Assembly (NCBI RefSeq): GCF_011386835.1
Contig: NC_088800.1
Coordinates: 27,156,001-27,220,000 of the forward strand
From: Chrysemys picta bellii
Taxonomy: Eukaryota
DNA length: 64,000 nucleotides
Direction: 5' to 3'
In this document: one piece after another, positions 8,668 through 18,850 of the stretch
Numbering within the stretch: the stretch's first letter is position 1
Layout: each line of letters starts with the position of its first letter
Position numbers and translations under genes: made by a program
Notes under the pieces: model-generated
The model's database searches: none
Told to the model about the DNA's origin: nothing
What the model saw: only the letters and a program-made list of their open reading frames with translations

Positions 8668-10999
8668 GCATCCCCAAGGAACGCATGATCGTCCTGGAGT
8701 CCTTGAGGCTCTGCAGGCGAGAGTCCGTCTTTTCTGAAAACAACCCTTGACCTTCGAAGGGTAGATCCTGCAGGGTTTGCTGCAGTTCCTGAGGCAGACC
8801 CGAGACCTGGAGCCAGGAGATCCTCCGCATAGCGATACCTGAGGCCAGGGTTCTCGCAGCAGAGTCCGCTATGTCTAAGGAGGCCTGTAAGGAGGTCCGA
8901 GCCACCTTCTTACCCTCCTCTACCAGGGCTCCAAACTCCTCTCTGGACTCTTGGGGAACCAACTCCTTGAACTTCCCCATAGAGTTCCAGGAGTTAAAGC
9001 TATAGCGGCTCAAGAGCGCCTGCTGGTTAGCCGCTCTAAGTTGCAGCCCTCCGGCTGAGTAAACTTTACGGCCGAATAAATCGAGGCGCTTAGCCTCCTT
9101 TGATTTGGGCGCTGCGGCCTGCTGACCGTGGCGCTCCCTTGCGTTCACTGATGCCACCACCAGTGAACACGGCTGGGGGTGGGTATACAAGTACCCGTAG
9201 TCTTTAGACGGGACAAAGTATTTCCTTTCCACCCCTCTCGCTGTGGGTGGGATAGAGGCAGGAGTCTGCCATATCGTAGAAGCATTGGCCTGTATCGTGC
9301 GGATCAGGGGTAACGCCACCCTCGATGGGGCATCCGCTCCGAGGATATTCACGATCGGGTCGTGCACCTCCACTATCTCCTCCGCCTGCAGGTCCATATT
9401 ACGGGCCATCCTGCGCAGAAGATCCTGGGGAGCCCGAAGATCTATTGGAGGTGGGCCTGTGCACGATGTGCCCACCACTGCCTCATCCGGAGAAGAAGAG
9501 GAAGATGCCTCCGGTGGAACAGGATCCAAGGGCTGGTCCTGGTCTCCCTGTTCCTGGGCCGGAGCATCACCTGCGCCTGGGTCCAGGGCGTCAGGTGGTG
9601 CGGACACAGAAGCCTCCATGCCCCCTGGCGGAGGCCGAGAAATGGTGGACTCCGGGGCCCTTCTGACGGAGTGACCGGAGCGAGAGGTCGAAGCAATTGG
9701 AGCCCCTTGCGCCTGATGGTACGCCCACGGGGTCCAAAACGACCAGTGAGATGGGCCATGAGAATGGTCCTCTGTCGTGTCCTGCCAATGTCCCAAGTCC
9801 TGTTCCTCGGCTTGCCCCTGAGGGGGGTATGCCGATCTCGAGAGGTCCTCCGAGGAGCGGGACACCGATCTCGATGGCCACGGCGGTGCAGAGAGCGTCG
9901 AGACGATTCCCGTGGGCTGCGGTGCCGCACGGTGCCGGTCCGGAGATGATCTATCTCTACGCGGTGCCGGCGATCGGTGCCGGGACCGCGACCGGTGCCG
10001 ATGACCTCGTCGGTGCCGGGAGTCGGATCTGGACCTCGACGAGGACCTGGAGTATGCCCGGTGCCGGGAGCGGCCTCTCGACGTCGAGCGTCGACCGTAG
10101 CGGTGCCGAGAACTACGTCTCGACGTTGATCGGTGCCGACGATCATAGCGGTGCCGAGACGTAGAGCGGTGCCGCGAAGAAGATCTTGGCCGCGAGTACG
10201 ACCGGTGCCGAGGCGATATTCGGCGCCGGGACTGCGAGCGGCGTGGGGACCTGCTTCGGGACCTGGATCGGTGCCGAGGTTCCAGCCCTTGCGATGGAGG
10301 GCGCATCAAGGCAGGTTTCCCCCTCGACTGGACCGGGCGAGTCAACGGTGCCGTCGGTGCCGGTGGTTGGGGTGGTGCCGGCTCCGTGAGAGCTATTAAG
10401 TCTCTCGCCGCCGCGAAGGTCTCTGGAGTCGACGGGAGGCACTGTATCACCGCCGGTCTCGGTGGAGACGCTATCTGCACCGGACTCAACGGCCTCGGCG
10501 CCGGAGTCGACGGTGCTGGAGGCACCTGTTTCCGGTGCTCCACCGGCGGACGCGGCTCTACCCCCGGCACTGGGGGAGCCGGCGTCTTCGGCACGGAGGT
10601 CCCCGTCTTATGGGCTTTTTTATGCCCCGGGGATAATGACCGGCGCCGAGGCACTTGCTGTGCTTGCGGTGCCGACGAGGTCCGGTGCCGGGGAGGCTTG
10701 TCCGACGCCACTCGCGTGGTCGTCGTGGCCGGTGCCGCCGGGGCACTGCGCACCGAGGCGCTAGGTGCCGGGGCCTGGCTTGTAGATGGAGCGTCCGGAC
10801 TAAGTGCCGCCTCCATCAGGAGTTGCCGGAGCCGAAAGTCCCGCTCCTTCTTGGTCCTTGGTCTGAAGGCCTTACAGATCTTGCACTTATCTGTTTGATG
10901 GGACTCTCCCAGGCACTTCAGACAGGAGTCGTGCGGGTTGCTCGTGGGCATAGGCTTAGCGCAGGAGGCGCACTGCTTGAAGCCGGGAGCGTTGGGCAT
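8549..10999 (-). CDS. DIRS ORF1, gag-like protein (816 aa): N-terminal Cys/His finger, RS-rich tract, LAP2alpha-like C-terminal domain
   Basis: ATG start; C-x2-C-x9-H-x2-C-x2-C-x4-H-x4-C-x2-C; long RS/RH tract; IWQTPAS...KRLDLFGRKVYS segment typical of vertebrate DIRS ORF1. The C-terminus is probably frameshifted at a 19-C run. Confidence 0.88.
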   Translation of the reverse strand: MPNAPGFKQCASCAKPMPTSNPHDSCLKCLGESHQTDKCKICKAFRPRTKKERDFRLRQLLMEAALSPDAPSTSQAPAPSASVRSAPAAPATTTTRVASDKPPRHRTSSAPQAQQVPRRRSLSPGHKKAHKTGTSVPKTPAPPVPGVEPRPPVEHRKQVPPAPSTPAPRPLSPVQIASPPRPAVIQCLPSTPETFAAARDLIALTEPAPPQPPAPTAPLTRPVQSRGKPALMRPPSQGLEPRHRSRSRSRSPRRSQSRRRISPRHRSYSRPRSSSRHRSTSRHRYDRRHRSTSRRSSRHRYGRRSTSRGRSRHRAYSRSSSRSRSDSRHRRGHRHRSRSRHRSPAPRRDRSSPDRHRAAPQPTGIVSTLSAPPWPSRSVSRSSEDLSRSAYPPQGQAEEQDLGHWQDTTEDHSHGPSHWSFWTPWAYHQAQGAPIASTSRSGHSVRRAPESTISRPPPGGMEASVSAPPDALDPGAGDAPAQEQGDQDQPLDPVPPEASSSSSPDEAVVGTSCTGPPPIDLRAPQDLLRRMARNMDLQAEEIVEVHDPIVNILGADAPSRVALPLIRTIQANASTIWQTPASIPPTARGVERKYFVPSKDYGYLYTHPQPCSLVVASVNARERHGQQAAAPKSKEAKRLDLFGRKVYSAGGLQLRAANQQALLSRYSFNSWNSMGKFKELVPQESREEFGALVEEGKKVARTSLQASLDIADSAARTLASGIAMRRISWLQVSGLPQELQQTLQDLPFEGQGLFSEKTDSRLQSLKDSRTIMRSLGMHVVGPQRRPFRPQPQHFYPPPPPPASSETGLGPEARARW

Positions 11000-11203
11000 G
11001 AGCCCGGCCCCGCGGCCGGGGGAGAAAGGGGGAGACGACCCCCTTAATCCCCTGAACTAGAATAACAACTAAAACAACTTTAAACTATTTAACTATAAAC
11101 ACTAGAACTACAACTATAACTATAACTGCGAATGTAACTAAGCTAGGGAGAGTGGAGAACAGCTAAGCAGCGCTCCACAGTTCCAACGACCGTCAGGGGC
11201 GGT

Positions 11204-11384
11204 AAGAAGGAACTGAGGGGGCGCCGGGTCGGCTGGGGTATATATTCAGCGCCATGAAGGCGCCACTCTAGGGGGCTCCACAGCCGACCCGCCGGTGTTG
11301 CTAGGGTAGAAAATCTTCCGACGATCGTGCACGCGGCGCGCACACACCTAATGGAATGGATATGAGCAAGCACTCGAAGAAGAA
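11204..11384 (-). repeat. DIRS 5' (left) inverted terminal repeat
   Basis: 11204-11369 is the exact reverse complement of 5201-5366 (166/166 by eye). The terminal 40 nt (11345-11384) match ICR 5464-5503. Confidence 0.95.
11209..11244 (-). promoter_or_regulatory. Candidate TATA + initiator core promoter in the 5' ITR
   Basis: TATATA at 11239-11244 and TCAGTT initiator with A at 11214, 30 nt downstream of the first T. Confidence 0.55.
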
Positions 11385-11667
11385 CTTGTAGTTAAATTAT
11401 CATATGACATAGTTAAGCATGATTGCATCTTGAGTAGACATTGCCAATTAGTATTGGAAGTGTAGGTGTGTTGCAGATTAGGATTTTATAGGGAAACTTG
11501 AACAATACTCTTCAGCATCCAGTTTGTTGATTTCTACTACATATTTTGTTCTCATTTTGTATTCAGAACTTCCACTAATAACAATGGGAACTTCTTGTGC
11601 AAAAGAAAAGTTAGATCAGAGCTCAGTTAACTCTTTAGCATTTTATAAGGGTGACAAAAATACATAC

Positions 11668-11851
11668 CAACAAAACAATTATTTCTTTTTTTCTCAAGAA
11701 CTTGGCTGATATTTCGAACGCTACAGAGGGAGAATTTATTGTTGTTAAGCTTGTCCCCAGATGTAGCTCTTGCATACATGATATAATTGCCATTTTCTTT
11801 CTGCCCCAAGTTTTTGGACTCTCCTGGAGTGCATTCCGTTCCAGAATCATG
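11668..11851 (-). CDS. ADAM10: ADAM10 exon 10 (end of metalloprotease domain)
   Basis: 184 bp, tgcag/gtatgt; [61 protein letters not shown]. Confidence 0.98.
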
Positions 11852-13820
11852 CTGCAAAACAGAACATTGTAAACTATTTCAAGCAGATCAGTTTCTATTG
11901 GTTAATTTGCTATCTTTCTACCTATGTGTATAACAGACCTGTGTGGGGTAATAGGGTGAGAAACAAAAGCTCATACAAAATTGTTGCCTTTTTAAAAAGT
12001 GTACCCCACTTGCCTATTTCAAAAAGGTGATGAATATCAGAAGCAAAGGATGAAATGGAAAGTCCACAACATCTCCATCTTAAATGTTAATGGTGGCTTA
12101 TCAACCTGTGTGTGTGCTGGTTACAGCAACACAACACACACGCTCCTTTCTTTTACTGCTTTTAGGTTATATCCCAAAAGTTTTGGAGCACTGACAAAGT
12201 TAACTTCTGTGAGAGCAACCATATCATGTTTACACTAGAGAACTTGACTGTTCACTTGAAATGGTTAAATAAAACTGGCTTAAGCACAAATGGTTTGATG
12301 TGTCCATGCTTAGCCACATTGACTAGTATAAAGAATCAGAGCAGTTTTACACACTAGCACTGTTTTAGACTATTTCAGTTACAGTGCCCTCTGGGTACCT
12401 GTCCACAGTTCCTGGTATCTCCCAAAAGCAGAGGATTCTGAGATTTCTGAATACTACCAAGTGTTCTGTAGGACACTAATGGGAGGACCAGTGGAAACAT
12501 TTCAGATAGTTCACATTCACACTGTAGGGAAAATGTGGACTTAAATATGATATGATTTGTGGGGGAAGTCCATTTCTATCCACACTATGGAGAACTGATA
12601 ATTTATAACACCACCTGGTAACATACATGGAATACTTTACAATATAGACGTTTCAAAGATTATGATAAATGGCAAAAGCTTTTAAAAAATATTTGACAAG
12701 AGTAAGAAACCGTTTAATACCAATACTGTACTACCACTTTTGACAATTGATTTTCTCAGAATATGACCCATCCCTTCCAACATAAGTATATAAATGTGCA
12801 CTTTTAAAATGGTATTACTACAAAAAGTAGCAAATTTTCTGACAAGTATATCCACTGACTATCCAAGATCAAACATGAGTTTCATAGGCAAGTTCAAAAA
12901 TGATGTTTCAATTGGTCCAAAGAGATTTTCACTCTGACAGATTTCCTACTTCTTCAAATCAATGCATACTGTTAACATTCTGGATTCTTGTTCCTGCCAA
13001 TATGGTAGAAGTTAGCTTAGTGGTTCATTTTCTAGTTTTCTAAAATGTAAAACTTTAAAAGTGACATGTAAAAGAGGAAATATTCTCCACTTTTCACAAC
13101 CACTCACCCACAAATAAAAGACAAAAATAAAATCTCAAATTTTTCAGCCTGTCACAGACAAAAGCCTTGAACATAGCACGTGAAGACAACTGCTTCAAAA
13201 TCCTATTACAAGTGTAACTCAGACAGTTGCTTCTCAAAATAAATTAAAAACCTTTAAAGGTATAAAAAATGCAAAGGGTACAAAGGAAAGCCAGTTTTAT
13301 CCCCATTGTTGAGTGAGAGGACATAACCAAAGTTTTGCCTCATGAGCTGGGACCCTTGCCCTCACTCTGCATAAAATAAGAACTAATATTTACTTCTCAC
13401 CAAAACACAGATGCACACGTACACACTTTTGAAGAGAGATGAGTAAGCTTTGTCCTTCAAAGGAAGTGGGAAGACTTTAGGAGAGAATAACCCACACTTT
13501 TTACAGAAGAGTAGTCATGAATAAGTGCAGTATAAGATAGGCTAAGCCAGTAGTTGCTGTAAGCAGCTAAATGAGAAATTAAGAATATTCACAAAAGTCC
13601 TGTTGCACCAAGTTCTTCCTTTTGTAGAACATTCATAAAGATCTTAACACATATTGCTTATCTGCAAAGTCCTTGCTTTTCTTTTGCATGCATACCTAGA
13701 TGAATTGTTTTTATTAGCATACACATAATAGTAAAAGGTTTAAGTTACAAAATGTTTTCATCATTAACAAGTTATGCCTCCCAAAACAAAATGTGTAATG
13801 GAGCAACACTTAATACTTAC

Positions 13821-13984
13821 AGGAGAACCAAAGTTATGTCCAACCTCATGAGCAAAAGTGATGTGAGAAACCTTAGGAGGGACGTGAGAGCCATAGTTCT
13901 GAACAGTGATGATTCCAGTATTTAAGGACTTCTTTTTACCATCAGAATAGAGTTTGCTCTTTTCACATATTCCACCAGAGCTCC
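13821..13984 (-). CDS. ADAM10: ADAM10 exon 9 (zinc-binding active site)
   Basis: 164 bp, tgcag/gtaagt; [54 protein letters not shown]. Confidence 0.98.
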
Positions 13985-15164
13985 CTGCATTTAGAACAAG
14001 AGTTAAATAGCTCAAAATTAAAACATTTTGAAAGAAGAGAGGTGAGTTGTATTTTTTGTTCTGTATCTTAGTTGAAAACGTACTCTAACAATATTACAAT
14101 ATTGAAAGTGTGTAGAGTGCCACATCAGTTTTTTTTAATCTAAATTCCATTTGGTTCTCCTTTTCAAGTAAAGAATATACTATTTCTGAATACAAAAAAA
14201 TTCTTTCCAGTATCAAGGAAAAAGGCTAACATTCACAATGTTCAGTTGCGTATACTTCAAATCTGCTTTTAAATAGTATCTTCCATTTTTTCCCAAAAGT
14301 ACTTGTAAAAGGCCTAAGATTAGCCACATATCCTAGTGAGAAGGAGTGACTCATTTCTTCGCAGTACAATTTAAAACTGAAGTGTGGTTTTGATAGTGGT
14401 TAATCATATGTGTTTAAAGGTCAACAATCAAGGAAGTTACACCCAGTGTTTGAAAACGCAGTCCTGAGACTGTTATTTTGCTGTAAAAACATTTTCAGAA
14501 TCTAGAACATATGCTTTCTAAACAAGTTTTGTCTTGCTAAAGTCAAGTTGCAGTTCAGCAAAATAAGTCATATGAGAATAAGTACTTCCAGGAATAGTCT
14601 CACAGGGGAAGGGTGATAAAGATTCATACTTCAGCACCTATAAGTCAGTGAGTAAAAAGTCCAAAGTGGAGCCTTACTACACACTCTATATTCACCCATA
14701 CATTTCAATGCAGCAAGTCTTAAAGGACAACCTATCTTCCTTTCATACTACAAAATATAATCAGATTCCTAAAATCCTCCTTAAACAGACTAACAAAACA
14801 TTCCTTAGCTGTACATCCAACACCTGTTAGTCATCCAGACTCTATGTAATACACCCCTTGATTAAGAAATCCTGTACAGATGTGAGATAAAACGTGATGC
14901 TAACTATCTAATAGATGCACATGCATTAAGGGCGAAATTCACCAACTAAGTATGTTTTATGCAGGTAAAGTTCTTGTAAGTGGTGCTTGCAAAATCTACA
15001 TTCTATCAGCCCTACCCCACTATGCCGCCATGCTTTCCCAGCCAATGGACCAAAACAGACTCTCTGTGCCACATACATGGAGCATTAGGGCCATTAGGGC
15101 ATGTATTGAATTTCCTGTGACTCTTCCTCAGGACAATCACCAACACTGGTCTGACTGATCGATG

Positions 15165-16210
15165 GATTGGCAATCCCTCGATTCGAGGATGATCTCTACC
15201 ATGGATTTACATATGGGTCCTGAGATGACTCTGGAGTCTGATCCTGGAACCGCAAATCTGTCCTGAGTAGGTACATACATTTTGTGACAAGACGATGGCA
15301 TGCTGGGAGAAAGTTATTTCTTTTTCCTTCCTCCTCTCTCTTTTCAGCTTTGAGGACAAGGTGCTTCTCCTCGAAACATGCCACTGCCTGATGGAGGATA
15401 TGGCACCATTGGGGTCGGTTGCTGGCTTGCTCTTCCCAGCTTCTGATGTCCACACCAGTTTTCTTAAAATACGCTTTCAGTGTGTCTTTGATCTCAGACC
15501 ATGGGTGAGTGAGAGTTAAGGACTTGTTTTGGGAGGCGAGAGTTTGGCATCTACACACAATGTCCAGCCCAGCTAAGTTGGTGCATGAGAATCATTGCTT
15601 CAATGATGGTGACAAGGATGCTGGCATTAATGTGGCGATATTGCCATTTGATGTGAAGGATCTTCCGGAGGCATCGAGGGTGATACCTCTCCAAACTCTG
15701 GAGGTGCTGCCGATAGGTCACCCAGGTTTCGCATCCAGGGAGGAGTGTTGGAACAACAATTGTCTTATAGACCTGGATCTTGGTGTCCTACCATAGGTCA
15801 TGTGCTCTGAAAACGCATCGGAGCAATGGAAGCACTTGCGCACTGGATTCTGTGCTGGATCTCACTGTCGATTTTTGCATTTTGAGAAAGTTGGCTACTG
15901 AGGTAGCAAAAGTGCTCAACTGTCTCCAGAGTGACACTCAATGGTGATTTGTTCTGGGTCATGTTTAAGGCCTGAACCAGGTTGATAGAACGTTTTCGTC
16001 TTCTCAATATTGAGAGAGAGTCCTAGGCTTCGGTAAGCTTGTGCAAGAAAATCCAGTATGGACTGAAGGTCATTCTCAGTGTGTGCGAGGATGATACAAT
16101 CATCAGCATACTGACGATCAGTAATAGACACCCTGAAGACATTAGACTTTGAGCAGAGATGAAGATTAAAGAGCTGCCCATCCAGTCAATTCCATTGGGG
16201 GAGATGATCT
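15165..16210 (-). mobile_element. RTE-type LINE 3' fragment, decayed
   Basis: YADD at 16099-16110, GLSLNIEKTK, VEHFCYLSS, W..ASNRPQW and terminal C..C..LQSHLRTH in several frames. Confidence 0.8.
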
Positions 16211-16344
16211 CGATTGGGCAGAGATCAGCATTGGTCTATACAGAAGTGATATACAGATTCCTCTGTGTTTCAGGGGGGCTCTCTGCACCCTCGTAAAAGG
16301 CCAATTCACCTGCATAACCTAATCAGAAAATCTAAGTGGTAGAG

Positions 16345-16855
16345 ACGACAGACATGAATTGCCATACCAATCAGACCAGAGATCCATCTAGTCCAATATC
16401 CTGTTTCTGTCAGTGGTTCTTACAAGATGCTTCAGAGGAAGGCGCAAGAACCCCCACTATAAGGGCTAGTGTGTCCCCCACATTATATCTCATCCTAATC
16501 TAATAGCTAGATTTTTCTGAAGGCCTGAAGCATGAGAGGGTTTAATATCCCTTCCAAAATGTGTAAGCTTTGATTATAATACTGGACATTCTTGTTATCC
16601 ACATAAATGTCCAACCTTTTTTTTAAATCTCGGTGAACAGTTCTTTGCCTCAATGACTTCCTGCGGCAATGAGATCTACAGTCTAATTACTCATTATGTG
16701 AAAAAGTATTTCCTTCCTAATTTATCAGTTTTTAATTCACTGAATGTTCGTTCCTTGTTCTTGTGTTATGAGACACAAAGAGCAGAAGCTCCCGATCTAC
16801 CTTCTCTGTGACATTTGTTTTTTATGGACTTCTATCCCTGCCTAGGTGTCTCCAT
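16345..16855 (-). mobile_element. CR1 LINE 3' fragment
   Basis: Resembles the reverse complement of reptile CR1 3' ends (gatccatctagtcc...gatgcttcagagg, gtgaaaaagtatttcc); recalled similarity, not searched. Confidence 0.65.
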
Positions 16856-17599
16856 GACATTACTGAAAATGACCGCACAGCAGGACGGGACACAATAGTG
16901 AAAACAGAAAAGTCATTTGGCTGGGGGAAAATGTGTCCAATACTTAAGACACAAGTAGGATTGATAGTATTACCTAGGTATTGGATAGCTTTAAATGAAT
17001 TTAGTTCAATTTGATCACAACCCTAAACATTTGTATTAGTTTTCAGCTGGTGAGTGGCGATTTTATTGTTTACAAAACTCAAGGGTGTAGTCTGATAGTC
17101 GTTTTTATAAATATGTAGACTATAAAATAATTTACACTAGATTTATTTTCAGACAAAAATACCATTGAAACTTGTGGTGAGAAACTGGGCTGAAATTGGT
17201 CAGGAAATTTTTGAATGATCAAAAATAGTAGCTTGCAGTTAAAAAAAAGCCATTTCTTTTGTTATCACTAGGCGCAGAGAAAGTCTGATGGAATAGAGTA
17301 GAACTTTCTGTTTCAAGTCCTGTCCCATATGGACTTTGGCCCCCAGTTCCTTAAATGAATAACTGCTCTTGACATCAGCCCAAAAGCAGCTGTGTGAATT
17401 GATGGAGTTAACTCCTTTACTTGAATTACCCAGAGAGTAGACAGGGATGTCTAATGTCTCTTCTACTTTCTGGACTGGCCACAGAGCCTTTTGCTCAAAG
17501 GACAATGAATCCATCACAGGAATGAAACTTGCAGGACCACATCAGAAAATAGCATATATAGATGTAACATTTTTATCTAAATCAAATATTCTCTAAAAC

Positions 17600-18850
17600 T
17601 ATTCGCTAAAACAATCCAGGATTTTGGGAAAGTCTGGATTTAAAATAAAATTATGCCAAATCTGAAATACTAGCTATAAATTTGCCAGACCCTGAAAAGT
17701 CACTCCTCCAGAAAATGTTTGGGTACAAATGGGCAACAAATTCTATAAGATACATGGGAATTCAAATCTCAAAACAACCTAGAAGAGCTTCTATCATTTA
17801 AATGTTAACCCCCTACTTCAGCAAATGAAAAAAGATTTGGAGTGCTGGGGGACGTAAGCAATTTCTTGATTGGGAAGAACAGCCACCATCAAAATAAACA
17901 CTCTAAGGATATCTTTCTTGTTTCAAAATCTTTCTCTGATTATCCCAGATACAAACCTAGCAGGAATACAGAGGGTGCTGTTACAATTTACATGGAATAA
18001 GAAAAGGCCAAGAGTGAGTGCAGATACTTTGTACAGATCCATTAAACAGGGTAGACTAGCCGCTCCAAATAATCTATGGCGGCGTTTCTCAAAAAGGGGT
18101 CTGCAGGCCCTGCTGATCAACTCTCCTACCCCTCCCTCCCAGCGCCTCCTGCATGCTGGGGAACAGATGTTCCCGCTGGGAGGGAGGGAGAGGAAGGGGG
18201 ACAGGGGTGCTTGGGGGAGGCAGCAGCAAGAGGCAGGGAAGAGGAAAGGCGGGGTGGAGCCTTGGAGGAAGGGGTGGTGTGGGGCGGGGCCTGGGGCTGA
18301 GCGGGTGGCTTGGGGGTCCACAGCAAATTTTAAAATCAAAACTGGGGTCCTCAGGTTACTAAAGTTTGAGAATCACCAATCTATGGTATTATCAAGCCAG
18401 CCAGCTCAAAGCAGGAGTGGAGTGGGGGGTGCCCAGACAAACATTGGGTCTTTATTGAACAGAAAAATTGTGACAGTGTAAATCTCTAGGCTACTCCAAA
18501 AGTTTACACACACATCCTTTAGTAAAGGCTACTCTATGGGTTTGGGATAGAATTAGAGAAATTCTTTCCCCTTGCCAATCACACCCATTGCAAATACTCT
18601 AGATCTTAACCCAAATTGCAAACCAAAGAGCTTCAAAGATTGGGAGAGCCATGGAATACACTTGGTTGGCCAGCTATTCAGTAAAGAAACTTTCCTAACT
18701 TATTTAGAGATCACAACTAATTTTAACTGGCACTAGTACTTTCAAGTAAGGCATTATGTTTCTCAACTTTCTAGAAAACCTGTTTGATACAAAAAGCTAA
18801 CAAATAGAAGCGCTGGCATCTGGTCAATGAGGAAACAAAAAAATAGCTAA
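17600..18850 (+). mobile_element. L1/Tx1-like LINE ORF2 fragment interrupted by a MITE
   Basis: GRTATIKIN..FLFQ..FTWNKKRPRV..KQGRLAAPN..YYQASQL resembles the post-RT region of L1 ORF2; boundaries approximate. Confidence 0.65.
18080..18378. mobile_element. hAT-type MITE inserted in the L1-like fragment
   Basis: Degenerate TIRs (cggcgtttctcaaa / tttgagaatcacca) and a perfect 8-bp TSD ATCTATGG (18072-18079, 18379-18386). Confidence 0.85.

Larger units (their letters stand above)
5156..11384 (-). mobile_element. Full-length DIRS1-type tyrosine-recombinase retrotransposon (6229 bp) in ADAM10 intron 10
   Basis: Inverted terminal repeats, ICR next to the 3' ITR, gag-like ORF, and overlapping RT/RNaseH/MT and YR ORFs: the canonical DIRS1 layout. 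Confidence 0.97.

Noticed and set aside
9243-11047. Many 70-230 aa ORFs on both strands overlapping DIRS ORF1
   Set aside because: Expected from high GC and repetitive RS/Pro codons; no recognisable motifs; several rely on GTG/TTG starts.
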